NCBI GenBank assembly: GCA_965246885.1
Contig: OZ251992.1
Location: 2,816,001-2,880,000, forward strand
Direction: 5' to 3'
Origin: Abditibacterium sp.
Lineage (GTDB): Bacteria > Armatimonadota > Abditibacteriia > Abditibacteriales > Abditibacteriaceae
Length of the DNA stretch: 64,000 nt
Below are positions 37,946 to 47,506 of the stretch, piece after piece. Numbering within the stretch: position 1 is the stretch's first letter; the number at the start of each line of letters is the position of its first letter. The notes beneath the pieces were generated by a model. It was not told the DNA's origin, ran no database searches, and saw only the letters and a list, made by a program, of their open reading frames with translations. Position numbers and translations under genes: made by a program.

Positions 37946-38092
37946 GCTTCGCCTAACCGCGCGACGGTTGCGCCTACCCAAACCGAAGCGTCGTTTGGGC
38001 AGGCGAAGGCTTGATTTGGGTAAATGAAGCTTTGGTTTGGATGGACAGGGGCTTGATTTAGGCGGGCGAGGCTTTGATTTGGCCCGATCATT
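37946..38092. repeat. Degenerate 21-nt-period array G (about 7 units)
   Basis: GCTTGATTTGGGTAAATGAAG, CTTTGGTTTGGATGGACAGGG, GCTTGATTTAGGCGGGCGAGG, CTTTGATTTGG at 21-nt spacing. Confidence 0.7.
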
Positions 38093-38103
38093 CGTTCGCC
38101 CGG

Positions 38104-38916
38104 TCACAGCGCGAAGATGGCGCCTTTCTTGGAGTCTTGCAGCAGAACGGCGACGACGGGTTCGAGCAAGCAAAAGGAGCGGATGATGAGGATGGCGTCG
38201 TCAATTCCGCCCGCCGATTTGCCGATGAAGTTGATGTTGTGGCGGATTTGGAAAGCGTGCCATGCGAGCGCCCCGCGATACTTTTCGCCGCCAAAGGGCG
38301 CTTCGGGGTCGAGCGGCTGGCCTTCGTCGTTGAGGGCGCGCACCGTCCATGCTTCGCGCTCGTCGGCTCCGACCAACCCGTTCAAGAAGGCGCTCGTATC
38401 GGTGAGGGTGTGTTCCATGCCTTCGCCGTAGGTGTCCTGCATCTCGCGCGACGAGCGCGACAAGAGACGGGTGAGCGCGCCGTTGGGCGTTTCGCCATTG
38501 CGCAGCAAACCGAAGCCGTGAAACTCGCGGCCCAGCAAGAACGGTGGCGAAAGGACGGCGCGGATTTGGTCGCGCTCGGATTCGAGCGGCGCGCGTTCTT
38601 CGTCGCCTTGGCAAAAGCGGGTAAACCCCGCCGCAAGATAGATGTGTTCAAAGGCTTCCCACAGCGTCAGGTAAGAGAGAAACAACTGCGCATTGCGAGA
38701 GACCGACGAAAACGGGCGGCCGGTTCCGCTCAGAGCATCGTAAAACGAGAGCGCCGCGCGGCGGTATTCTTCGGCGGTGCGCTGGTATTGAAAGCGCAGT
38801 TCGTGCGATGCGGTTGCGACCTCTTCGCCGCCGCCCTCCCCCATCCAGTGCCGCCGCGCGAGGTCGCGCACGCGGATTTTGGGCGCGCCGGGGGAAGTGA
38901 GTTGCGGTGTGGGCAT
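38104..38916 (-). CDS. Hypothetical protein with HEPN-like helical motifs
   Basis: FLSYLTLWEAFEHIY and FQIRHNINFIGKS resemble the HEPN 'LW.AFN.LY' and 'YQ.R.NLFHGGK' segments. Confidence 0.5.
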   Translation of the reverse strand: MPTPQLTSPGAPKIRVRDLARRHWMGEGGGEEVATASHELRFQYQRTAEEYRRAALSFYDALSGTGRPFSSVSRNAQLFLSYLTLWEAFEHIYLAAGFTRFCQGDEERAPLESERDQIRAVLSPPFLLGREFHGFGLLRNGETPNGALTRLLSRSSREMQDTYGEGMEHTLTDTSAFLNGLVGADEREAWTVRALNDEGQPLDPEAPFGGEKYRGALAWHAFQIRHNINFIGKSAGGIDDAILIIRSFCLLEPVVAVLLQDSKKGAIFAL

Positions 38917-38964
38917 GATGGTTTGAGTTTGAGGGTTCGCGCGCAGTTTGCCGATGCCGCTCCT

Positions 38965-39987
38965 TTATCCGCCGTGATGCGCCAACTGCGCCAACACGCC
39001 GATGGACAAGAGCGCAACCAACGCGCCCAGAACAATGAGGACGACTTGCCACCACACGATGCCCGTGCCCTCGAAACCGGCGGCGGGTTTGACGCTCGCT
39101 TTGGCTTCGCCTTCCTCGCGCTCACGGGCAGCTTTGAGGGCGGCGGCATCCACCGTGTCGGGCGCTTCGAGGGCTTCGACAAAGGCTTGCATTGTCGGCC
39201 AGCGATGGGCGGCGTCGCGGCGGATGGCCTTCATCACCGTTTCTTCGAGGGCGGGCGGAACGGCGACAAACGTGGAAAGTGGCGGCGCGGGGATGGTGAC
39301 GTGTTGGCTCATAACGGCGAGCGAGTTGTCGCCCTCGTAGGGCATGCGACCGGCGGCCATTTCAAAGATCATCATGCCGAGCGCATAGACATCGGTGCGC
39401 GCGTCGCCGCGCTGTCCCTTGATTTGTTCGGGCGCCATGTAATCGGGCGTGCCGACTTGGGCGGACATCGAACCCCAAGTGATGCGCTTGGCGCCCTCGA
39501 CGAAAGCGATGCCGAAATCCATCACCTTGGCCACCCCGTCGTGGGTAATGATCACGTTTTCTGGCTTCATGTCGCGGTGAAAGACGCCCTTTTCGTGGGC
39601 GTAGGCGAGGGCGCGTCCGATTTGAAGGCCGAGCGACACGGCGCGTTCGACGCTGTTCCCGCCGAACTCTTCGCGCAGGGTGTGGCGCAGCGAGGAACCC
39701 GGAACGTATTCCAAGACCAAGTAAGGCACGCGCTGGAAGTGCGCGACTTGGTAGAGTTTCTGGATGTTCGGATGGTCGAGCAACCCGCCGATTTTGACTT
39801 CGCGCATGAAGCGCTCGTAGCTCGCCACGTCGCCCATCATGTCTTCGTGGGGGAACTTGAGCGTCACCTCGCGCGCGTGCCCGTCGTCGCGGGCGAGATA
39901 TACGTCGCTCATGCCGCCATGCCCAAGCGTCTTGAGAACGGTGTAGCCGTCCACGATTTCCCCGTCGTTGATGTGCGAAGTGTCCAT
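38965..39987 (-). CDS. Hanks-type Ser/Thr protein kinase with a C-terminal TM anchor
   Basis: LGHGGMSDVY, HRDMKPEN, MDFGIA, GTPDYMAPEQ. Confidence 0.94.
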   Translation of the reverse strand: MDTSHINDGEIVDGYTVLKTLGHGGMSDVYLARDDGHAREVTLKFPHEDMMGDVASYERFMREVKIGGLLDHPNIQKLYQVAHFQRVPYLVLEYVPGSSLRHTLREEFGGNSVERAVSLGLQIGRALAYAHEKGVFHRDMKPENVIITHDGVAKVMDFGIAFVEGAKRITWGSMSAQVGTPDYMAPEQIKGQRGDARTDVYALGMMIFEMAAGRMPYEGDNSLAVMSQHVTIPAPPLSTFVAVPPALEETVMKAIRRDAAHRWPTMQAFVEALEAPDTVDAAALKAAREREEGEAKASVKPAAGFEGTGIVWWQVVLIVLGALVALLSIGVLAQLAHHGG

Positions 39988-39995
39988 TCCGTTGG

Positions 39996-40796
39996 TTAGC
40001 GTCCCAGCAAACGCCCCAGTAAACCGCGTTTCGGAGGAGCAGGCATGGCTTCTCCCGTCGCCACGACGCGCACCACTTGGGCAGAGAGATTATCCGAACT
40101 TCCGCCCTCGATGGCCAGACGTAATAACTCAGCGCACGCCGCTTGTGGCGGGTGCGCCGCCAAAACACCGGCCAGCACCGCGTCTTCTATGGGTTCCCAC
40201 ACGCCGTCGGTGAGAAGCAGGAAGGTGTCGCCCGCGACGACCTTCTCGACGCGAAAGTCCGCTTGAATCATCAGTTCGCCGCCGAGCGAGCGGGTGATGA
40301 TGTTGCGGCGCGGGTGGTGGCGCGCCTCGTCGGCGGAGATGATGCCCAAACGCACCAACTCCTGCACTTCGGAATGGTCGCGCGTCAGTTGCCGCAGTTC
40401 CCCATCGCGCAGCAGGTAGATGCGGGTATCTCCGACGTAGCCGATGTGCGCGCTTTCGCCCACGAGGAGCAGCGCCGCGAGCGTCGTCTTCATCTTGGAG
40501 CGGCGGTTGGCTTGCCCCAAGTCGAAGACGCGCATGTTGGCGACTTCAACGCCGCTTTTCAAAGCGCGGTCGGGCCGCGTCGAGGTGTCGGTTTGGTAGA
40601 ACGCGAGGAGTGTCTCGACGCACTCGCGCGACGCGACTTCGCCCGCCTCGCTGCCGCCCACGCCGTCGCACACCACGAATAGGCACCCTTTCTCCGCGCG
40701 CGTCGCCTCATCATCGGGGACGAAGTGCCCGATGAAGTCTTCGTTGTGCGCGCGCACCGGGCCAGTCTCGCTGACGGCGCCGAACTCGATGGTCAT
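39996..40796 (-). CDS. PP2C-type (Stp1/PrpC) protein phosphatase
   Basis: G.VRAHNED, VCDGVGG, GDTR, LTRDHS, LLLTDGV, SDNLS. Confidence 0.93.
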   Translation of the reverse strand: MTIEFGAVSETGPVRAHNEDFIGHFVPDDEATRAEKGCLFVVCDGVGGSEAGEVASRECVETLLAFYQTDTSTRPDRALKSGVEVANMRVFDLGQANRRSKMKTTLAALLLVGESAHIGYVGDTRIYLLRDGELRQLTRDHSEVQELVRLGIISADEARHHPRRNIITRSLGGELMIQADFRVEKVVAGDTFLLLTDGVWEPIEDAVLAGVLAAHPPQAACAELLRLAIEGGSSDNLSAQVVRVVATGEAMPAPPKRGLLGRLLGR

Positions 40797-40845
40797 GGAG
40801 AAAGAGAAGTGTGAGGGGTTTTGCAGGGCGCCCTAAACGCCGCAA

Positions 40846-40878
40846 AGCGGCCAACTCCTGCCGAAGTTGGCCGCTTGC
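40846..40878. terminator. Hairpin between the permease and phosphatase genes
   Basis: AAGCGGCCAACT ... AGTTGGCCGCTT. Confidence 0.45.
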
Positions 40879-40891
40879 AAAGGGTGGCCGC

Positions 40892-42460
40892 TTACGAGCC
40901 GGTCGGGTGCGCCATCATGGAACGCCCTTGGCGGGAGTTGTTAACGACGACGTAGACGATGCTAACGATGCCCCACGCGACGGCGATGCCAACCGCGAGA
41001 TAAGCCGCCTTCTTCGTGTCGCCGCCCGACAAAGCGGCGGCATAAAGGATGGTGGCAATCATCAGCAGGTTGAGCAACAAGCCGACGAACGGGATGACTT
41101 TGTGCAGCAGGAAGTTGCTGGGGCGGTGCGAGAAAGCGACCATCGTCCACACGCAAATCAGCGCGTAGAGGATGAAGGTGCCCAGATTCGAGGCATACGC
41201 GATGCCCGTCAAACCGACGCTCGTGTTGTAGCAACCAATGCAAGCGATGATGCAAGAAACGGCGGTCAAGACCCACGTCGCGGCGGCGGGCGTGGCGAGC
41301 TTGCCGTGCATGAGGCCGAGAATTTCGGGCATCTCGTTGTCTTTGGCCATCGCGTAAGAAACGCGCACGGCGGTGTTGGTGCAAGCGAGCGTCGTTCCCA
41401 GAATGGCCAAGACGACGGTGAGCGCCATCGAGACGGTCAGCACTTTGCCCATGTTGTGCAAGAGCGAGTCGCCGAACAGCGTCATCATGTCGCCGATGGG
41501 CGCGCTCGATTTGCCCGCCGCGTCCATGCCCGTCACCAAATCTTTGCCCGTGCCGTTGGTCAGCTTGTCGGACAGCGCGTAGTTCGAGGCGAAGTAGCCG
41601 AAACCGTAAGCGAAGACGCCTTGGATGATGAGCGACAAGAGAACGCCCGTTGGCACGCTGCGTTTGGCATCCTTGGCTTCGGCGCCCAAAGCGGTGCAGG
41701 ACTCAAAGCCAACCAAGATAAGGATGGCCAAGCTCGCTTGGATTAACACGCCCGACGGGGTGTGCGGCCAGAGGATCGAGGAGACGCTTTTGTGGACGTA
41801 GACATCACCGGGGTGGCTGGAGCGGTAAGCGATGGCCATGATGCCAAAAGCCACAAGCGCCGTAAGTTGCACGATGTTGATGACGAGGTTGGTCATCGTC
41901 GAGCCGTTGATGCCGCGCGTCGAGATAAAGCCGCAGACGATGGCGAACAGGATGGCGACGATCATCTTTTGGGGAACGCTGAGGCCATCGCCATTGTTGT
42001 AGCCGAACAAGCCCGTCAAGTAGGAGACGATGGAAGCGAAGAATGCGACCATGACGCCGGGATAGACCCAGTAGAACAAGTGCGCCGCCCAGCCGGTGAC
42101 GAGCTTGGAGATGCGCGCCCACTTGTGGTATTTCTGGCCCTCTTCCTTGTCGAGGAAGGTCTTCTCGGCGAAGTAGTAGGCCGAGCCGTAACCGGCATCT
42201 GGGTAGATTTTCGCCATTTCGGAGTAGGCGACCGCTGTCAGGAACGCGACGAGAAGGGCGAAGGCGACGCCCTGCCACATGTCAATGCCGGTCGAAGTCT
42301 TACCGTCCGGCCCGACCTGCGCGGCTTGCAAGTTGTAGGTCAGCCACAAGAAGGCGCCGGGGGCGATGAGCGCCATCGCGTTGATGGTGACGCCCGTAGT
42401 GCTGAGGGTTTTCTTCGGCCCCTCGTCCACCGAAACAGGAGATGTGTTTGCTGTTGCCAT
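40892..42460 (-). CDS. APC superfamily amino acid/cation permease
   Basis: About 12 TM; GSAY in TM2-3, ILVGFESC..LGAEAK, R.SYAMA.D..P. Confidence 0.88.
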   Translation of the reverse strand: MATANTSPVSVDEGPKKTLSTTGVTINAMALIAPGAFLWLTYNLQAAQVGPDGKTSTGIDMWQGVAFALLVAFLTAVAYSEMAKIYPDAGYGSAYYFAEKTFLDKEEGQKYHKWARISKLVTGWAAHLFYWVYPGVMVAFFASIVSYLTGLFGYNNGDGLSVPQKMIVAILFAIVCGFISTRGINGSTMTNLVINIVQLTALVAFGIMAIAYRSSHPGDVYVHKSVSSILWPHTPSGVLIQASLAILILVGFESCTALGAEAKDAKRSVPTGVLLSLIIQGVFAYGFGYFASNYALSDKLTNGTGKDLVTGMDAAGKSSAPIGDMMTLFGDSLLHNMGKVLTVSMALTVVLAILGTTLACTNTAVRVSYAMAKDNEMPEILGLMHGKLATPAAATWVLTAVSCIIACIGCYNTSVGLTGIAYASNLGTFILYALICVWTMVAFSHRPSNFLLHKVIPFVGLLLNLLMIATILYAAALSGGDTKKAAYLAVGIAVAWGIVSIVYVVVNNSRQGRSMMAHPTGS

Positions 42461-42622
42461 AAAAGTCTCTCTTGCGCCCCCGGTGGCCACTCCGGTGATG
42501 GAGAAGCGGCCCCGTGCAGGCGACATGAGCGAGATTATAGAATCCCCAAGGCAACGGGAAATAACCGCCCTGTTTCTCTTTCATTTCGGAGCGTTAAGAA
42601 ATCGCTCACCATCTCCCGCGCT

Positions 42623-43306
42623 TTACTCTTGCTTGCCGGTGCGGTCGTCCTCTTGGAGCGAATCCATCAGGCGCAAGGCTTTGGGAACGCGCACGGTCTT
42701 CGTAGTCCCCTTGTCTTTGCCGGGTGGGGTGTCGGTGACGCGCTTGACGCCCGTGAGGAAGTTCGTGCTTTCGCTGCGAACGCTCCCCGTTGCGCGGTCG
42801 CGCACAAGGGTATCGAAGCCAATGAGCACCATGCCACGCGGCGCTTGCAAGCGGAAGCGGTGCGTGGTTTCTTCGACTTCGCGTGAGCCGTGTTCCATCC
42901 CCACAATTAAGACGCCGCGCCGGATGGACACCTCGACCGGCGCGGGCATCACCCCGTAAAACGCGCCGCCGTCGCCCGTGCCCATCAGCAACTGGTTAGA
43001 AAAGCCGACGCGCTTCCAGCCGCGCGCGTCTTTGACCGCCACGACCAACGCCCGCGAGCGTGGTGTCGCATAGCCGTCTTTGTCTTTAGCGGGCTTGTCC
43101 TCGATAAGCACGAGCGCCGCGTCGGGCACGCGGTCGCGGTTGAGGTCGCCCCGCGCGGTCTTCTCAATGACCCAGCCGCGCGGCGCAAAACCGCGCGTCG
43201 CCGCCGCATGGAGAGGTACATGCGAACCTTCCAAGTGGGGTTCATCCTGCGCGCGGGCAAGAGACAGCGAGAACGCGAGCGCGGCTAAGAGAAAGAACGG
43301 TTTCAT
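42623..43306 (-). CDS. Secreted hypothetical protein
   Basis: Signal peptide; GDLNRD..PDAALVL motif. Confidence 0.7.
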   Translation of the reverse strand: MKPFFLLAALAFSLSLARAQDEPHLEGSHVPLHAAATRGFAPRGWVIEKTARGDLNRDRVPDAALVLIEDKPAKDKDGYATPRSRALVVAVKDARGWKRVGFSNQLLMGTGDGGAFYGVMPAPVEVSIRRGVLIVGMEHGSREVEETTHRFRLQAPRGMVLIGFDTLVRDRATGSVRSESTNFLTGVKRVTDTPPGKDKGTTKTVRVPKALRLMDSLQEDDRTGKQE

Positions 43307-43344
43307 CGGGCGCAGTTTGCCGCAAGCGCGCCCTCCCTGCCCGC

Positions 43345-43881
43345 TTACTTCTTCAGCCGCTCCGCGTATTGGTGGCGGAACTTGGCGACTTTGGGCGCGA
43401 CGACGAAGGAGCAGTAGCCTTGCGAGGGGTTTTGGGCGAAGTACTCTTGGTGGTAATCTTCGGCGGGGTAGAAGTTGGTGAACGCCGTGACTTCGGTCAC
43501 GATGGGGCGGGCATACAGCCGCTCGGCGTCCACTTCTTCGATGATGTCGCGCGCCGTCGCTTCCTGTTCGGGCGAGTGGAAGAGGATGGCGGAGCGGTAC
43601 GACTCGCCAACATCGTTGCCCTGCCGGTTGAGCGTGGTGGGGTCGTGGACAGTGAAAAAGACGCGCAAGAGGTCGGCGTAGGAGATAACCTCCGGGTCGA
43701 ACTTAATCTGCACCGCTTCGGCGTGCCCGGTTGTTTCGGAGCAAACCTGCTTGTAGGTGGGGTTGGCGAGGTGCCCGCCCGCGTAGCCGGACACGACATC
43801 CTCGACGCCGCGCAGTTCGTCAAACACCGCTTCCACGCACCAGAAGCATCCCGCCGCTAAAGTCGCAGTTTCCAATGGCAT
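43345..43881 (-). CDS. msrA: Peptide-methionine (S)-S-oxide reductase
   Basis: GCFWC, GYAGG, HDPTTLNRQGND, AEDYHQEY. Confidence 0.95.
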   Translation of the reverse strand: MPLETATLAAGCFWCVEAVFDELRGVEDVVSGYAGGHLANPTYKQVCSETTGHAEAVQIKFDPEVISYADLLRVFFTVHDPTTLNRQGNDVGESYRSAILFHSPEQEATARDIIEEVDAERLYARPIVTEVTAFTNFYPAEDYHQEYFAQNPSQGYCSFVVAPKVAKFRHQYAERLKK

Positions 43882-43986
43882 GCCCTTCCCGACGCGCCAA
43901 GCGCCGCCGCGCTTCCTGCAAACCGCCGCGCCAAGCGCCAAGAATCCCCCTTGACAACCCCCGCCGCACCCTCCACAATACCTAAT

Positions 43987-44889
43987 GTGAATTTAAAACA
44001 ATTGCAGCCCATCGGCCTCCTCTTGGCCGCTTCTCTATCCGCTTCGGCGGCGCGTGCCCAGAGCACACCACAAGGCGTCGGCGCCCTGCCACCCTACGCC
44101 GTGCCCGTCATCCAAATCCCGTCTGCGCCGCCGCTTCCGGCCAAGCCAGTTCCATCAGGCATCGCCGAAGTCCTCAAAGCGCGCTTCCCGCTGTCCATCG
44201 GCTTCGCCGACTTGGGCGCCGGATGGCGGGTCTTCGATTACGGCGGCTTGTACTTCACGCGCGGCGACACGCAGTTCTTGAACGGACAGGAATACGTCGT
44301 TGCTTATAAGCGCATCTTCGCCAACCCCGCCGACCTCTCGCCAGCCCAATACGCCCTCTTCGCCACGCGCAACGTATACCACGCCACCAAAGACGACCGC
44401 TACAAGATCACGCTGTTTCCGGCAGAAACACTGCAAAGGCTCGTAACCAACGGGCAAACCGAAGTGCGCTCCTTCGACGCCAACGACTTCAAGGTCACGG
44501 CGGCGCTGCCCACTTCCGATGCGTTCCGGCAGAACCTCTCGCTCGTGTATCTGCGCAAAATCCGCGAGGCGGTTTCCGCTTATAGTCGGGCCAACTTGGG
44601 CGTGTTGCCGCCGCTCGACTCCTCGGCGGGCGTGGGGCGCGAACTGGACGAGTTCGCCGAAAACCCGGCCATCTTCACCCAGCCCGGCACGACGCGGCCC
44701 TTCGCGTTTAATCCGCTCTTTTCCGCCCGCAAAGTCGCGCACCTCAAAGGCAAGGGCGTGTTGGTGCTCGCCTTTGAAGCCGAACCCGCGTCTGACGGCT
44801 CTCGCGCCATCCTGACCTACGGCGGGAGCGTCGCCCGCCTCAACCGCAAACAGTGGACGCGCCTCTTTGAAGCCTCGCAACTGGGCTAA
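43987..44889 (+). CDS. Secreted hypothetical protein
   Basis: Signal-like N-terminus (AARAQ); GC3-rich coding pattern; start uncertain. Confidence 0.65.
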   Translation: MNLKQLQPIGLLLAASLSASAARAQSTPQGVGALPPYAVPVIQIPSAPPLPAKPVPSGIAEVLKARFPLSIGFADLGAGWRVFDYGGLYFTRGDTQFLNGQEYVVAYKRIFANPADLSPAQYALFATRNVYHATKDDRYKITLFPAETLQRLVTNGQTEVRSFDANDFKVTAALPTSDAFRQNLSLVYLRKIREAVSAYSRANLGVLPPLDSSAGVGRELDEFAENPAIFTQPGTTRPFAFNPLFSARKVAHLKGKGVLVLAFEAEPASDGSRAILTYGGSVARLNRKQWTRLFEASQLG

Positions 44890-45227
44890 GGCATCCCGTG
44901 TTTGGTTGCCCGCGCCCGCTTTGCGATGTTCGCGCGACGTCTCGCAGGCATCTTCGCGGCGCTGGGATACATCCACACGAGCAGAACGAACAGCATAAAC
45001 GCGGGGATGTTGATATCCAGCACGGTGTTCCCCTGCCCCGCGATGAACACGGCGCCCGCCACAAAGCCCAACAGGAGGCCCACCGCGACGGCAGCAAAAG
45101 GCGACAGTAAGTCCGGCACTGAGGCGACGTACACCATGCGCGCCACGAGCAGAACATCCAGTGTCGGGAGCGCGAGCGCCAACGCCGTCCATCCACACGA
45201 GCGCAAAGAGGCGGTCTGTTTCTTCAT
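44886..45227 (-). CDS. Small hypothetical membrane protein
   Basis: 3 hydrophobic segments; directly follows purK. Confidence 0.5.
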   Translation of the reverse strand: MKKQTASLRSCGWTALALALPTLDVLLVARMVYVASVPDLLSPFAAVAVGLLLGFVAGAVFIAGQGNTVLDINIPAFMLFVLLVWMYPSAAKMPARRRANIAKRARATKHGMP

Positions 45228-45233
45228 CGGCGT

Positions 45234-46343
45234 TTACTCCGCTAACAACTCCTGCACTTGGCCCACGCGCGCCCGCAAGTCACCGTCCGCCGCAAGGGTA
45301 ACGTGGGCCACCTTGCGACCCGGCCTCACCTCCTTCCCGTAGAAGTGCGGGTGCGCGCCTTCGATGGCAAGTAGCGCCGCCAATTCCGGCAGTTCGCCGA
45401 CGAGGTTGACCATCGCCGCACTCTTCGTCCTCATATCCGTCGCGCCGAGGGGCAAGCCCGCGACGGCGCGGATGTGGTTCTCGAATTGGCTGGTCGCGCT
45501 GCCCTCGATTGTCCAATGCCCCGAATTGTGGACGCGCGGCGCCATCTCGTTGGCGAGGAGCGTATCCCCAACTTGGAACAGTTCCAGCGCCAAGACGCCG
45601 ACGTATTGCAACGCTTCTAAGGCCACCCGCGCGTACTCTTGCGCCGCCCTCTGCAACTCCTCTCCCGCATCTGGCGCGGGCGCGAGGGACAGCCGCAGGA
45701 TGCCGCCGGAATGATGGTTCTCGACGAGCGGCCAAAAGCGAACGTCGCCGTCCCGCCCGCGCACCGACAAGATGGACAGTTCCCGCTCGAACGGCACCCA
45801 CGCTTCCAAGATGAGCGCTGTGCCGCCCAGATTGGCCCACGCGGTCGGGACATCGGCGGACGCGCGCAGCACCATCTGTCCCTTGCCATCGTAGCCGCCG
45901 CGCCGCGTTTTGAGGACGCACGGAAAACCCGCCTCCCCCGTTGCCGCAGCTAATTCTTCGAGGGAATTAACTGCCCAGAAGTCCGGCGTGCGCACGCCTA
46001 AGGCGCGCAGGAACTGTTTCTCGACCCATCGGTCGCCCGCGACTTCCAAAGCATGTAACGGAGGAAAAACGGGGGTTCGCGCTTCCAAGAAACGGATGGT
46101 TGCAAGCGGCACGTTCTCCCACTCATACGTCACAACATCCAAGCCGTCCGCCCAGTGCGCAAGCGCGACCTCGTCCTCAATGTTCCCGCTCGTCAGAGGC
46201 GCGACTGCCCCCGCAACGGCGTCGGGCGAGGGGTCGAAGCACCGAAAGCGCAGCCCCAACGGAAGCCCCGCGAGCGCCAGCATCTGTCCCAACTGTCCCC
46301 CGCCCAAAATCCCAATGGTCATTGGCGGGGAAGTTTGCGGCAT
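45234..46343 (-). CDS. purK: N5-carboxyaminoimidazole ribonucleotide synthase
   Basis: IGILGGGQLG, GGYDGKGQ, NEMAPRVHNSGHWT, SQFENH. Confidence 0.95.
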   Translation of the reverse strand: MPQTSPPMTIGILGGGQLGQMLALAGLPLGLRFRCFDPSPDAVAGAVAPLTSGNIEDEVALAHWADGLDVVTYEWENVPLATIRFLEARTPVFPPLHALEVAGDRWVEKQFLRALGVRTPDFWAVNSLEELAAATGEAGFPCVLKTRRGGYDGKGQMVLRASADVPTAWANLGGTALILEAWVPFERELSILSVRGRDGDVRFWPLVENHHSGGILRLSLAPAPDAGEELQRAAQEYARVALEALQYVGVLALELFQVGDTLLANEMAPRVHNSGHWTIEGSATSQFENHIRAVAGLPLGATDMRTKSAAMVNLVGELPELAALLAIEGAHPHFYGKEVRPGRKVAHVTLAADGDLRARVGQVQELLAE

Positions 46344-46416
46344 CGGCGACGGCGCGGCGCAAAGGTCACAAGTTTCTCTTATAATGAGCGGGGCTTAGAA
46401 CGACACAACACACACC

Positions 46417-47358
46417 ATGAAGACTTTCCTGTGCGCCTTGGGCGCGGTTGGGCTACTGATGGGCGCGGCGCGGGCCGACCTGAAATGGACGGAAACAACC
46501 TCCGTTGGCGCCGCCGAGGGCACGGAGAGTGCCGGTTTCGCCATTAAAAGCACGCACTACATGAACGCCGAAGCGGGCCGCACCGACACCGAAGCCAAAA
46601 TCGGGCCGATGGCCATGACCTCGCGCGAAATCAGCCTGTGCCCCAAAAAGCTGTCCCTCTCGCTTTTGGACAGCGCCAAGCTGTATTCCGAAGCCCCGCT
46701 TGCCGATGGAGGCGGGATGATGTCCATGCCCAAAATGCCCGCAATGGGCGGGATGATAGGCGGCATGGACGCTGCCCCCAAAGCCAAGGGCGTCAAAAAG
46801 ACGGGCACGCAAACCATCAGCTTCTCGCTGCGCGACTTGGGAACGGAGAAAATCTTGGACATCCCCACCCGCCACATGGCGCTCGACTCGACCGTCACCT
46901 CGACCGGTTGCGCCGGAACGGGCACCACCAAAACCAAGATGGAAGTGTGGACGGCCAACTTCCCGATGCCCGCTCCTTGCTTGGCGACCACATTCGACGG
47001 AACAGTGAAAAGCGTCGCCAACATCGAAAGCGACTGCGACGTGAAGACCACTTACAAAGGCAACCCCACCGCCGCAGTCAGCAAACTCTTCGGCGGCTTC
47101 ATCATGCGCATGAAAGTCGGCATGGGCCAAAGTTCTTTCACCCGCGAAGTCACCATGATCTCGCGCGCCAAGCTCGCACCGGACACTTTCCAAGTGCCCG
47201 CCGACTACCGCAAAGTTACGCCCGAAGAGTTCGACAAAGCCCGCCAAAGCGCCATGATGAAATCCCTAATGGGCGGCGGCAAGGCGGGCGGTGGCGATGG
47301 CGACACCCCCCAAATCGAGAATCCCCCGCTTCCCGTTCCAATGCCGGATAACAACTAA
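46417..47358 (+). CDS. Secreted hypothetical protein (DUF4412-like beta-rich)
   Basis: Signal peptide AARAD; 'G.E.I.' and 'F.VPADY.KV' motifs. Confidence 0.6.
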   Translation: MKTFLCALGAVGLLMGAARADLKWTETTSVGAAEGTESAGFAIKSTHYMNAEAGRTDTEAKIGPMAMTSREISLCPKKLSLSLLDSAKLYSEAPLADGGGMMSMPKMPAMGGMIGGMDAAPKAKGVKKTGTQTISFSLRDLGTEKILDIPTRHMALDSTVTSTGCAGTGTTKTKMEVWTANFPMPAPCLATTFDGTVKSVANIESDCDVKTTYKGNPTAAVSKLFGGFIMRMKVGMGQSSFTREVTMISRAKLAPDTFQVPADYRKVTPEEFDKARQSAMMKSLMGGGKAGGGDGDTPQIENPPLPVPMPDNN

Positions 47359-47506
47359 GGGAAAATCGCTCCTGCTCCCAGCGCCCCTGCTTTGGTGGGG
47401 CGTTGGGCGCCACGCGCCCACATCTTCCCAGCCGAAGGCGGCCCAAGGAAAAGCTGCGCCCGCGCATTTCGGGGGACTGCGCGCGGGTGCGATACTTCTA
47501 TTCTTC

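Noticed and set aside
37878..38132. 16/19-nt similarity between the HEPN-like gene end (CAAGAAAGGCGCCATCTTC) and sequence beyond array G (CAGGAAGGGCGCCATCTCC) as a target duplication
   Set aside because: Too short and imperfect to distinguish from chance; worth revisiting only with an empty-site comparison.
42460..42622. Riboswitch (e.g. c-di-AMP) upstream of the APC permease, or a T-box upstream of proS
   Set aside because: No recognisable conserved motifs; the proS leader is too short.
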